Shown: one piece after another, positions 37,689 to 46,455 of the stretch
Layout of the letters: the number at the start of each line of letters is the position of its first letter
How positions within the stretch are numbered: position 1 is the stretch's first letter
Assembly: GCA_003152165.1 (NCBI GenBank)
Contig: PLZO01000043.1
Coordinates: 5,967 to 52,421 of the forward strand
DNA length: 46,455 nt
From: Chloroflexota bacterium
GTDB lineage: Bacteria > Chloroflexota > Limnocylindria > Limnocylindrales > CSP1-4
Reading direction: 5' to 3'
The notes under the pieces: generated by a model
What the model was told of the DNA's origin: nothing
What the model saw: the letters and a program-made list of their open reading frames with translations, nothing else
Databases searched by the model: none
Translations under genes and position numbers: made by a program

Positions 37689-38495
37689 TCAACCGGGGCG
37701 CTTGACCAATGCCTCGATCAATGCCGCGTCCGTGGGCGTTGAACCGAGCCCGAGGCGAACCCCGACCCGGCTGGCCAACTGCGGCTCGACATACGTGCCG
37801 GCGAGCGCTCCCCAATTCGCCTCGGCGAACACCTCCCCAGGCGTGCCGTCAAGGATCACCCGGCCAGCCCGCATGACGACCACCCGGGGGAACGCCTCGG
37901 CCACGAAACGCATGTCGTGGCTGATCGCGACCACGGTCCGACCGGCCGCGGCAAGGTCCGCGACGATTCGGCGGACGCGCTCCACGCCGCGCAGGTCCTG
38001 GCCTGTCGTGGGTTCGTCGAGGACCACTGTCGGCGTGCCCATCGCCAGGATCGAGGCGAGAGCAAGGAGCTTTCGGTTCGAGAAACCGAGGTCGTACGGG
38101 TTGCGCTCGCCCTGCTCGGTCAAGCCCACCGCGTCGAGGGCCTTCGTCACCGCCGTTTCGAGAGCTGCGCTGCGGAGGCCGAGGTTGTGCGGCCCGAAGG
38201 CGACCTCGGTCCGGACCTGGCCGGCGAAGATCTGCCGATCCGGATCCTGGAAGGCCAATCCGACGTTGGCCGCCAGGGCCGCGACTCGGAGGCCGGCAGT
38301 CAGCTGCCCGTCGATCAGCACGTCGCCCAGCGTCGGGCGGAGCAGGCCGTTGAAATGGCGGACAAGGGTCGATTTGCCGCTGCCATTCTGGCCGATGATT
38401 GCGATCTGCTCGCCATCACCAATCCGAAGGTGGACCCCGTCGACGGCGCGCGTCCCGTCGGGGTAGACGTGAACCAGCCCGCGGACCTCGATCAT
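37689..38495 (-). CDS. ECF transporter ATPase
   Basis: GQNGSGKST, FQDPDRQ, LDEPTTGQD and SHDM. Confidence 0.9.
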   Translation of the reverse strand: MIEVRGLVHVYPDGTRAVDGVHLRIGDGEQIAIIGQNGSGKSTLVRHFNGLLRPTLGDVLIDGQLTAGLRVAALAANVGLAFQDPDRQIFAGQVRTEVAFGPHNLGLRSAALETAVTKALDAVGLTEQGERNPYDLGFSNRKLLALASILAMGTPTVVLDEPTTGQDLRGVERVRRIVADLAAAGRTVVAISHDMRFVAEAFPRVVVMRAGRVILDGTPGEVFAEANWGALAGTYVEPQLASRVGVRLGLGSTPTDAALIEALVKRPG

Positions 38496-39313
38496 CGCCC
38501 GGCGCCGTTGGCGAGCACGACGTCGGGGTCGAGTCCGCGGCGCCGGATTGCCCCTGCCAGGCGCACCCGCGACGGTGCATCGACGCCCCAGCCCTCGAGT
38601 CGGCGGTCCTCGAGGACTTCGGCTGCCGGTCCGTCAAGGACGATCCGACCCTGGTCGACCACCAGTACCCGCCGGCACAGTCCATCGAGCAGGTCCGTCT
38701 TGTGCTCCACGATCAGGAGGGCCGTGCCGGTGTCCCTGGCCAGGCCCGCCAGCGTCTCGCCCACCAGCCTCGTTCCGGCCGGGTCGAGCTGGCTCGTTGG
38801 CTCGTCGAGGATGAGCATCGTCGGACGCAGGGCAAGGACCGACGCGAGGGCGACGAGCTGGGCCTGGCCACCAGACAGCCGATCCGGCTGGCGCTCGGCG
38901 AGGTGCTCGACCCTGGCCAGGTGCATTGCCCAGCCCACTCGCTCGACGATCGTCTCGACGTCCAGGCCAAGGTTGCGCGGCCCGAAGGCAACCTCCTCCC
39001 AGACCGTGGTGGTGGTTCCGCTGAGCTGAGTGGCGGCATTCTGGAAGAGGATCCCGCAGCGCTGGGCCACATCGTACGGCGCCAATTCCCGTGACTCGGT
39101 CCCGTCGATCAGGACGGAGCCTTCGAGCTTCCCGCCGATCGCGCCCGGCGCCAGACCAGCCGCGACCAGGCACAGGGTTGATTTGCCCGCGTCATTGGCA
39201 CCGCAGACTCCTACCACCTCGCCCGCCCCGATCTCCAGATCGATCCCGTCCAGGGCCCATTTGGATGACCCGGCGTAGCGGTAGCGGACGCGCCGGAGGG
39301 CGGAGACGGTCAT
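38492..39313 (-). CDS. ECF transporter ATPase
   Basis: GANDAGKST, LSGGQ and LDEPTSQLD; start ATG 39313 overlaps the ecfT stop. Confidence 0.9.
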   Translation of the reverse strand: MTVSALRRVRYRYAGSSKWALDGIDLEIGAGEVVGVCGANDAGKSTLCLVAAGLAPGAIGGKLEGSVLIDGTESRELAPYDVAQRCGILFQNAATQLSGTTTTVWEEVAFGPRNLGLDVETIVERVGWAMHLARVEHLAERQPDRLSGGQAQLVALASVLALRPTMLILDEPTSQLDPAGTRLVGETLAGLARDTGTALLIVEHKTDLLDGLCRRVLVVDQGRIVLDGPAAEVLEDRRLEGWGVDAPSRVRLAGAIRRRGLDPDVVLANGAGR

Positions 39314-40098
39314 GGCAGGGCCAGGTGGCCGCTGATCGTGGCAACAATGAGCACGATCGTGGCTAGGCCGAGCAGCCAGCGACCAGCGCGCTGGGCAGCG
39401 TCGTCGGGCATCGGTCGGAGCAGCGCGCGGCGGGCCGGCGCCGAGAATGCACGGGCCTCGAGTGCTAGCGTGCGCTCCTCGACCTCGGACAGAGCCCCTG
39501 AGATCATCGGTCCGACAAGGGGCACCACACCGCGGACCCTCCGCCACACAGAGCCTTCGGTATTGAGGCCTCGAGCCCGTTGCGAGTCGGCGACTTCGCC
39601 GGCGCGTGCGGCAAGGCGGGGAATGGTCTGGATGGCGGCGCCGATAATGAAGGTGGCCCGCCTGCCCATGCCTCGTCGCTCGAGATCGGCCAGCAGGTCA
39701 TCCGTGGGCGTCGTCAGCGCGAAGACCGCCACGCTCAGGGCGAAGGCCACGATTCGAAGCGAGGCCTGGCCTGCGATCGTCAGGCCGGTGCCAGTCGCTC
39801 GCAGCGGGCCGATCACCATGATCGTGTCGGTGGCTCCTGGGTACAGGAAGACGTCAATCAGGACGATCGAGATCAGGAGTGGCAGGGTCGCCAGCACAAA
39901 CGGCAGGAATGCGCGACCGAGCCCTGCCCGAGCGACCGTGGCCCCGACGACGATCAGGGCGAGAATCGGCGCGAGCCAGCCGCGCAGGACGAAGGCGAGA
40001 GCCGCCGTCGAAAGCGCGATCACCAGTTTCGTCGTCGGGTTCAGGCTACGGTAGAACCCCGCCGGGGTTCGACGGACGAAGTCCGGGACAGAAGTCAG
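39310..40098 (-). CDS. ecfT: ECF transporter transmembrane T component (start approximate)
   Basis: LNPTTKL plus the SQRARG and ALEARAF coupling motifs. Confidence 0.85.
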   Translation of the reverse strand: MTSVPDFVRRTPAGFYRSLNPTTKLVIALSTAALAFVLRGWLAPILALIVVGATVARAGLGRAFLPFVLATLPLLISIVLIDVFLYPGATDTIMVIGPLRATGTGLTIAGQASLRIVAFALSVAVFALTTPTDDLLADLERRGMGRRATFIIGAAIQTIPRLAARAGEVADSQRARGLNTEGSVWRRVRGVVPLVGPMISGALSEVEERTLALEARAFSAPARRALLRPMPDDAAQRAGRWLLGLATIVLIVATISGHLALP

Positions 40099-40135
40099 GT
40101 TGGTCTCCGCGTGGGGGAATCCCGGGGCGGATTCG

Positions 40136-40957
40136 TCAGTCGACGCTGGTGCCGACCAGCCGCTCGCCGTTCGGGAAGCGGGCGATGATCCTGCGCGACA
40201 GGCCCGCCAGGATGATGAACACGACGAAGCTCGTGATCGTCTTGTCGATCGGGTCGCTGAACAAGCCCTGGCCGAGGGACGCATGAATCACGTCAGAACC
40301 GCCCTGCCGGAGGGCTGCCACCAGGACGTCGACGCCAGATCCCGTCACCCCACCGAAGACATACGCCGAGATCGGCGCCGAGACGAAGGCCGCCACGATC
40401 CCGGTGATCACGCCGGCCAGGGCGACCCAAAACCCGGCCAGGTCTTTGGAGACGAGAATGAAGCCCCCGACCATGATCGCGGCCACGATCCCGATCAGGA
40501 CGATTGCCGTGAAGACCCAGCTTGGGTAGCCCCCGATATTGGGATCCGTGTAGGCCCGGTTGTTCAGGATCGGGTAGACGATCACCCCGATGATTAAGGC
40601 GGCAGTCACTGCGGCCACAATCAGAACGGTTCGCGAGGCAGGTCGCGATCGGTAGATACCGAGCTGGCCCCAGACCCCGGCCAACAGGCCGATGACGCCG
40701 GCCGTGATTGCGAATGGACCAATCGTGCCACCGCCAATGCCCGGGGCGTACTGCCAGATCAGGTTCGACAGCACGCCGGTCAGCGCCCCCGCAATCGGCC
40801 CAGCCAGCACGCCGACCAGGATCGTGCCGATGGAATCCAGGTAGATCGGCAATTTGAGCACGGTCTGGACGGTATACCCGAGGACCACGTTGATCGCGAT
40901 CGCGATCGGGATCAGCACGATTGTCCGCGTCGTGAACTGGCGCGAGATCCAGCCCAT
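40136..40957 (-). CDS. ECF transporter substrate-binding S component
   Basis: IAIAINVVLG, LPIYLDSIGTILVGVLAGP and DPIDK. A nucleoside-type substrate is inferred only from the neighbouring gene. Confidence 0.85.
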   Translation of the reverse strand: MGWISRQFTTRTIVLIPIAIAINVVLGYTVQTVLKLPIYLDSIGTILVGVLAGPIAGALTGVLSNLIWQYAPGIGGGTIGPFAITAGVIGLLAGVWGQLGIYRSRPASRTVLIVAAVTAALIIGVIVYPILNNRAYTDPNIGGYPSWVFTAIVLIGIVAAIMVGGFILVSKDLAGFWVALAGVITGIVAAFVSAPISAYVFGGVTGSGVDVLVAALRQGGSDVIHASLGQGLFSDPIDKTITSFVVFIILAGLSRRIIARFPNGERLVGTSVD

Positions 40958-41027
40958 TCGTTGATCCTCCGCACCCTGCCTGCTCGCACGATCCGGACGT
41001 CCGCCGGGCCTCGAGACTCCCTCGCTC

Positions 41028-42116
41028 CTAGGGTGCCACGTTCGATAGGTTGGCGGCTACTCCAACTCGCTCGGCCAGCGCCCCGACCCGCTCGATCAGG
41101 CGGGCCAGGAACTCGTCGGCATCGGCGGTCAGCGCCACGTCCACGTTAGGCGTCCGGCGCCACAGGCCGCGGAAGTCGGCAATCGTCTGGCCGGCGGCCA
41201 GCGCGCCGCCGGTCTCGACGTCCACGGCCAGCGCCTCGGTCCGGACCAGCGTCTCGTCCAGGGCAGCCGCAACGGCCAGCGGATCGTGGATGAATGCGCC
41301 ATAGAAGCCGTCGTAGGTCGCGTGAAACTCCATGTAGAAACGCAGTGCGTCGGCCACGAAGCGCACGACCGGGTTGCTCGCAACGGAGCGAGTCGCATGC
41401 ATCGGATCCTCGCCCCGACCCAGCGCAATCGCGTCATCAGGGCGGCTGCCTGCGCGTCGCGCCAGTGCCACGACGTGATCCGGGCGGATGACCGCCTGCT
41501 CGGTCACGTCGAGGCCCAGGGCCAGGATCCGGGGCACCCTTGGATCGGCCTCGATCGCCTCCGTCCAGGCGTGCACGACGGCCCGGGCGGCGTCGGGATC
41601 GCAGTGGATGTTCCATTCGGACACCGGCGTCGTGTTGCCCGGCACGCGGAACGCCCCGCCCATGATCACCAGCCGGCGCAGCAGCCGGGGCAGGGCCGGC
41701 TCGCGCTCGAGCGCGACGGCGAGGTTCGTCAGCGGTCCGATGCACAACAGGGTCAGCTCGCCCGGCCGGCGGCGGGCCTCCTCGGCGATCAGGTCGGCGG
41801 CATGGCGTTCGGAGAGTGGGCGCCGCCCGGACGGCAGCTCGGCGTAGCCGATGCCCTGCGGTCCGTGCGTCTCGGGCGTGATCTCGAGCGGACGGACGAG
41901 CGGAACGGCCCGTCCGAGAGCAACCTCAACATCGCCACGGCCGATCAGCTCGAGCAGCCCGCGGTTGTTCTCGGCCACCTGGTGGGCCTCGACGTTGCCG
42001 CTGCAGCAGGTCACCGCCACTAGCTCGGCGTCGTCCGAGGCGCACAGGTAGAGCAGGGCCAGGCTGTCGTCGATGCCCGTGTCGCAGTCGACCACGATCG
42101 GCCGTCGTTCGGTCAT
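41028..42116 (-). CDS. Inosine/uridine-preferring nucleoside hydrolase
   Basis: DCDTGIDD, GPLTN, MGG, SEWNIHCDPDAA and HDP. Confidence 0.93.
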   Translation of the reverse strand: MTERRPIVVDCDTGIDDSLALLYLCASDDAELVAVTCCSGNVEAHQVAENNRGLLELIGRGDVEVALGRAVPLVRPLEITPETHGPQGIGYAELPSGRRPLSERHAADLIAEEARRRPGELTLLCIGPLTNLAVALEREPALPRLLRRLVIMGGAFRVPGNTTPVSEWNIHCDPDAARAVVHAWTEAIEADPRVPRILALGLDVTEQAVIRPDHVVALARRAGSRPDDAIALGRGEDPMHATRSVASNPVVRFVADALRFYMEFHATYDGFYGAFIHDPLAVAAALDETLVRTEALAVDVETGGALAAGQTIADFRGLWRRTPNVDVALTADADEFLARLIERVGALAERVGVAANLSNVAP

Positions 42117-44485
42117 GCCGGTCGCGCCACAGCGAGGCCGTCGCGCCCGCTTTCACCGAGGGCGACGTAGAGCTCCTCTTCCTGGGCCATGTGCAGCTCG
42201 AGGATCGCGTGGAGGCTGTAGAGGACTCGGCGCAGGTCGCGATGGTCGCCATCGTCCGGCCCGCTCGCCGGCAGGTCGTCGACGAGGCGGCCGAACAGTC
42301 CGATCAGGTGGAAGATCTCGCGGTGGGTTCGGCTCAGCGGCGCGGTCGTGTCGTCGTCGCCCGCTGCCGAGGCGACCGACGGGTAGACGGTTTGGTCCTC
42401 GTAGCGCTCATGGCTGAGCAGCGGTCCAACGAGAAACGCGTTGGTCGTCTGGAGCTCGCCCAGGGCGGCCGTCGGCTCCAGCTCGTCGAGCTGGTCGGCC
42501 GTCAGCCGAAGCCGCCTGATCTCGGAGCGAAGGTCGAGGTGAGCCGCATGCAGGGCGGGCCCCGTTTCCGCCCAGCCGGGTACGGTCGTCTGCTGGTCGC
42601 GATCGCCGCCCAGGGCGCGCAGGGCGTTGAGGATCACGGCCACGTCGATCAACTCCTGGAGGATCGCGCCGGCCACCGGGGGCAGCAGGCCGAACGCCGC
42701 CGCGATCATCGCGATCACGGACAGGCCGATCCCGAGGACGACCGACTCCAGGGCGATCCGGCGGGACCGTCGGGCGATCCGGATCGCTTCGGCCAACCGA
42801 TCCAGCCGGTCGACCACGATCACGATGTCGGCCGCCTCCGATGCCGCGGTCGCGCCCCGAGCACCCATCGCCACCCCGACATCGGCGGCGGCCAGCGACG
42901 GCGCGTCGTTGATTCCGTCGCCGACCATCACCACGATGCCGCCCGAATCGGCCCGCTCAGCGGCCACGATCTCGAGCTTCTCGGCGGGCGCTCGTTCGGC
43001 CAGGATCGCGTCAACGCCGATCGCCGCGCCGACCGTCTCGGCCACGGCCGGCGTGTCACCCGTGACCATCACGATGCGGCGGATCCCGGCTCGGCGCAGA
43101 AGCCGCAGGGCCCGCGGCGTCTCGGTCCGGATCGGATCAGTCAGGATCAACACGCCCTCGATCAGGCCGGCCACGCCCACGAATGCTGTCGAAGAGCCTT
43201 CGAGTGCCATGCGGCGACCCAGCTCCCGGACCTGTTTGGGCAGCGGCCGGCCATCGGCGATCCAGTCGGCCTGACCCACCTGGATCGTCCGGCCCGAGAG
43301 CGTGCCCGTCACGCCGCTTCCGGCGCGCTCTGCGACATCCGCCGGGAGTTCGAGCGTGAGGCCGCGCTCGTGGGCTGCCCGAACGACGGCCCCGGCGAAG
43401 ACATGTGGTGAGAGCTGCTCGAGCGAGGCGGCCAGCCGGAGCAGCTCGTCCGGGCTGATCGAACCGAACGTCTCGACCTCCGCGACGGTCGGCGTGCCCG
43501 ACGTCAGCGTGCCGGTCTTGTCGAACAGGACCACGCTCGCGCCGGCCAGGCTCTCCAGCGCCCCTCCGCCCTTGACGATGATCCCGCGACCGGCGGCCCG
43601 CGAGATCCCGGAGACGATCGCGATCGGAGCGGCCAGGATGAGCGGGCAGGGGGTTGCCACGACCATCACGGCCAGCGCCCTGACCGGGTCGCCCGACAGG
43701 AGCCAGGCGATCCCGGCGATCCCAAATGTCAGGGGTAGGAACAGCAGGGCAAACCGATCGGCCAGGCGGACGAACGGTGCCTTGGATGACGCCGCTGAGG
43801 CAACGAGCCGGATGATCCCGGCGTACGTGCTGCCTTCGGCGCTGGCCAGGGCGATCAGGTCGAATGGGCTGCCGGCGTTGACGGTTCCAGAGGCGATCTG
43901 GTCACCCGGCTCCCGGGTGGTCGGGCGAGACTCACCGGTCAGCGCCGATTCGTCGAGGACGGCCGGCTCGCCCACGATCGTCCCATCCACCGGCACCACC
44001 TCGCCGGGCTTGACGAGGAGGCGGTCGCCGGGAATCACCGACTCGATCGGCGGTGAGGTCAACCCGCCGGGTCCGTAGCGATGCACGACGCGGGGCGACC
44101 GGGCAAGCAGCGCCGCGAGCTCCCGCCGGGCGCGGGTGTCGGCGTAGTCCTCGAGCGCCCGCCCGGTCGTGATCATCACGGCGATCACGGCGCCGGGCAA
44201 CGATTCCCGGAGGAGCACCGCCCCGATCATCGCGACCACGGCGATCAGGTCCACGCCGACCTGGCCGTGCCGGAGGGCGTCGACGATCTCGACCACGAGC
44301 CGGCCCGCGACGACGACGGTCAGTGCGGTCCAGACGTCGAAGGCGAGCTCCGAGCCGCCGCCAACGGCCGCCACGATCCCCACGGCCAAGGCAGCGATCG
44401 AGATCGGCAGCAGGAGCCTGTCGATCTGGCGCAGGACTGACTCGAGCGTGGCCGGCTGGGCGGTCGAGCCGGAAGTCGTCGTCAC
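42113..44485 (-). CDS. Heavy-metal P-type ATPase (P1B-5) with C-terminal hemerythrin domain
   Basis: LTGES, TPCP, DKTGT, GDGIND and QELID; C-terminal H...HERYED...H...HMAQEE. Start GTG 44485 with GGAG RBS. Confidence 0.9.
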   Translation of the reverse strand: MTTTSGSTAQPATLESVLRQIDRLLLPISIAALAVGIVAAVGGGSELAFDVWTALTVVVAGRLVVEIVDALRHGQVGVDLIAVVAMIGAVLLRESLPGAVIAVMITTGRALEDYADTRARRELAALLARSPRVVHRYGPGGLTSPPIESVIPGDRLLVKPGEVVPVDGTIVGEPAVLDESALTGESRPTTREPGDQIASGTVNAGSPFDLIALASAEGSTYAGIIRLVASAASSKAPFVRLADRFALLFLPLTFGIAGIAWLLSGDPVRALAVMVVATPCPLILAAPIAIVSGISRAAGRGIIVKGGGALESLAGASVVLFDKTGTLTSGTPTVAEVETFGSISPDELLRLAASLEQLSPHVFAGAVVRAAHERGLTLELPADVAERAGSGVTGTLSGRTIQVGQADWIADGRPLPKQVRELGRRMALEGSSTAFVGVAGLIEGVLILTDPIRTETPRALRLLRRAGIRRIVMVTGDTPAVAETVGAAIGVDAILAERAPAEKLEIVAAERADSGGIVVMVGDGINDAPSLAAADVGVAMGARGATAASEAADIVIVVDRLDRLAEAIRIARRSRRIALESVVLGIGLSVIAMIAAAFGLLPPVAGAILQELIDVAVILNALRALGGDRDQQTTVPGWAETGPALHAAHLDLRSEIRRLRLTADQLDELEPTAALGELQTTNAFLVGPLLSHERYEDQTVYPSVASAAGDDDTTAPLSRTHREIFHLIGLFGRLVDDLPASGPDDGDHRDLRRVLYSLHAILELHMAQEEELYVALGESGRDGLAVARPA

Positions 44486-44540
44486 AGCTCCATCATCGTC
44501 ACGATCGCGATCCGGCGCTCGGCGGGAGCTCGATTGGGGC

Positions 44541-45143
44541 TCAGGCCGGGGCCGAGCTCGGCGGAAGGTCGAGCCGTACGATCGGGCGAGCGACCGTTGC
44601 CTGGGGCGAGTCGATCTCGCGAGCCACGTGGAAACCCGCCCGCAGGAAGGTCGAGAGCGTGCCGGTGTAGAGCGTTGGCCCGGTCGGCCGGCCGAGCGAC
44701 GTGTCAACGGGATACGCTTCGAGTGCGGGCGCGCCATGCTCTGCGGCGAAGACGATCGCCGCATCGAGGAGCCGGGCGCCAACTCCCTGCCGGCGTGCCC
44801 GCCGGGCCACGACGAAGCACACGATCGACCAGACCGGCACGGCATCGAGCCGCGGTCGGACGCGTGAACGCTCCAGGCGCTGGAAGTCCTCGCGCGGCCC
44901 CAGGCTGACCCAGCCGACCGCGCGGCTGTCCCCGGCCAACGCGACCAAGCCGGGCGCGACGGGAGCCGCGGCCAGCGCTTCGAGGCGATTCCGGTTCGCG
45001 GCTTTCTGCTCGGCGCGGTTCGCGCTGAAGCCGCTCGTGCGCCAGAACTGGCACCAGCACCAGCGTGGGTCGCCACCCTCTTCGAAGAGCGCGGCCAGCC
45101 TCGGCCAGGTCTCGGTCGTCAGCGGTCGAATGTCCAGCTCCAT
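44541..45143 (-). CDS. GNAT-family acetyltransferase
   Basis: CWCQFWR, VGWVSLGPR, RRQGVG, LEAYP and FLRAGF. Confidence 0.88.
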   Translation of the reverse strand: MELDIRPLTTETWPRLAALFEEGGDPRWCWCQFWRTSGFSANRAEQKAANRNRLEALAAAPVAPGLVALAGDSRAVGWVSLGPREDFQRLERSRVRPRLDAVPVWSIVCFVVARRARRQGVGARLLDAAIVFAAEHGAPALEAYPVDTSLGRPTGPTLYTGTLSTFLRAGFHVAREIDSPQATVARPIVRLDLPPSSAPA

Positions 45144-45195
45144 GGCCAAACGATAGCCGCCGACCAGGCCTTCGGCGGCTCGTACACTCAATCGC

Positions 45196-46371
45196 GTGAA
45201 CAAGATGGTTGGCCAGCCGATCCTGCCTCCGGCCACGATCGGGATCATCGGCGGCGGCCAGCTCGGCCGGATGCTCGCGTCGGCAGCCCGGGTGATGGGC
45301 TACCGGATCGCGATCCTCGACCCCGATCCCGAGTGCCCCGCAGCGGGCGCCGCTGATGAGCTCATGGTCGGCGGCTACGACGATGTAGCGGCCGCGGTTC
45401 GCCTCGCCGAAGCCAGCTCGGTCGTGACGTACGAGCTCGAGCATGTCGCCGCTGCGGTTGGGCGGGCGGTCGCCGAGCGGCGGGCCCTGCGACCGAGCCT
45501 TCGAGCGCTCGAGGTCACCCAGGATCGCCTGGCCGAGCGGCAGTTTCTGGAGGGCGCCAGAGCACCCGTGGCCCCGTGGTGGGTGGTTCGAACCCGGGCC
45601 GAGCTTGGCGCCGCGACCGTGGCCCTTGGCGCGCCGCTCCGGCTGAAGGCTGCAATCGGCGGCTACGACGGGCGGAGCCAGGTGCGAATCTCCGGCCCTG
45701 GCGATCTCGAAGCGGCGTGGGCCGCCCTGGAGCGCTCGGCTGCGGCGGCCGGGCTGCTCCTGGAATGCGAGCTCGACTTCGCCTGCGAGCTGTCCGTCGT
45801 CGTGAGCCGGGGGCTCGACGGTCGAGCCGTGCCGTTCGCCGTTGGCCGCAATCGCCACGACGCCGGGATCCTGTTCGAGACGGTCGTACCGCCGCCGGCG
45901 CCGGTCAGCGCGGCGATCGCCGCCCGGGCCCAGGAGCTGGCCGTCCACCTCGCGACCGCGCTCGACGTCGTCGGCACGCTGACCGTCGAGATGTTCCTGC
46001 TGGCCGACGGCTCGCTCGTCGTCAACGAGCTGGCCCCGCGGGTCCACAACAGCGGCCACTGGACGATCGAGGGCGCCGCGACCAGCCAGTTCGAGCAGCA
46101 CATCCGGGCGATCTGCGGCTTGCCCCTCGGCAATCCGACGGCCCACGGTCCGGCGGCGATGATCAACCTCCTGGGCACCGGCGAGCGGCGCCCGGCAGGT
46201 CTCGTCGGCGTCCCGACCGCCCTCGCTGACCAGGCGGTCCACCTCCACCTGTACGACAAGCGGCAGGTCTTCGAGCGCCGCAAGATGGGCCACCTGACCG
46301 TGCTCGCCGCGACGCCCGCGGAAGCTCTCGAGCGAGCCGTCCGTGCGCGCGCCGCCCTCAGCTGGAGCTGA
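45196..46371 (+). CDS. purK: N5-carboxyaminoimidazole ribonucleotide synthase
   Basis: GIIGGGQLGRM, GYDGRSQ, NELAPRVHNSGHWT and RKMGH. Confidence 0.95.
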   Translation: MNKMVGQPILPPATIGIIGGGQLGRMLASAARVMGYRIAILDPDPECPAAGAADELMVGGYDDVAAAVRLAEASSVVTYELEHVAAAVGRAVAERRALRPSLRALEVTQDRLAERQFLEGARAPVAPWWVVRTRAELGAATVALGAPLRLKAAIGGYDGRSQVRISGPGDLEAAWAALERSAAAAGLLLECELDFACELSVVVSRGLDGRAVPFAVGRNRHDAGILFETVVPPPAPVSAAIAARAQELAVHLATALDVVGTLTVEMFLLADGSLVVNELAPRVHNSGHWTIEGAATSQFEQHIRAICGLPLGNPTAHGPAAMINLLGTGERRPAGLVGVPTALADQAVHLHLYDKRQVFERRKMGHLTVLAATPAEALERAVRARAALSWS

Positions 46372-46455
46372 GCGACCGGGGGCTGGTGTCATGGGGCAGA
46401 ATGGCCACAGCCCACGACGCTCGCCCGCGCGATCCGCGACCCAGCCAGGAGTGAC

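Noticed and set aside
44704-46392. Long antisense ORFs opposite purK, polB (21270-23021) and cas8e (28174-29694)
   Set aside because: Shadow ORFs typical of high-GC coding DNA, with no recognisable motifs.

Overview
GC-rich bacterial DNA in two parts. Positions 1-32287 are a tandem array of casposon-like elements inserted at one site. A 14-bp target duplication, CCRCCGGCGTTGAC, occurs at 2205, 12838 and 32274 and separates three elements with GGGGTA...TACCCC ends. Element A is only partly in the window (right end, to 2204) and carries a type I HsdR and an AbiJ-NTD4 gene. Element B (2219-12837, 36-bp TIRs) is decayed and non-autonomous: a broken PolB, a family-4 UDG, an HTH protein and a type I R-M system whose hsdM and hsdS are disrupted. 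Element C (12852-32273, 36-bp TIRs) looks intact: a Cas1 casposase, HTH and HNH-like genes, a family B DNA polymerase, a DUF4062-like + HEAT-repeat gene pair, and a type I-E CRISPR-Cas interference module (cas3-cas8e-cas11-cas7-cas5-cas6e plus a 23-repeat array) with no cas1/cas2 of its own. The main finding is this CRISPR-armed casposon, in which the only Cas1 is the transposase. Positions 32288-46455 are ordinary host genes: sufU, a moeZ-cysO-cysM-mec sulfur-carrier cysteine pathway, a USP, an ECF transporter with a nucleoside hydrolase, a P1B-5 ATPase, a GNAT and purK. All comparisons were made by eye, with no database searches.
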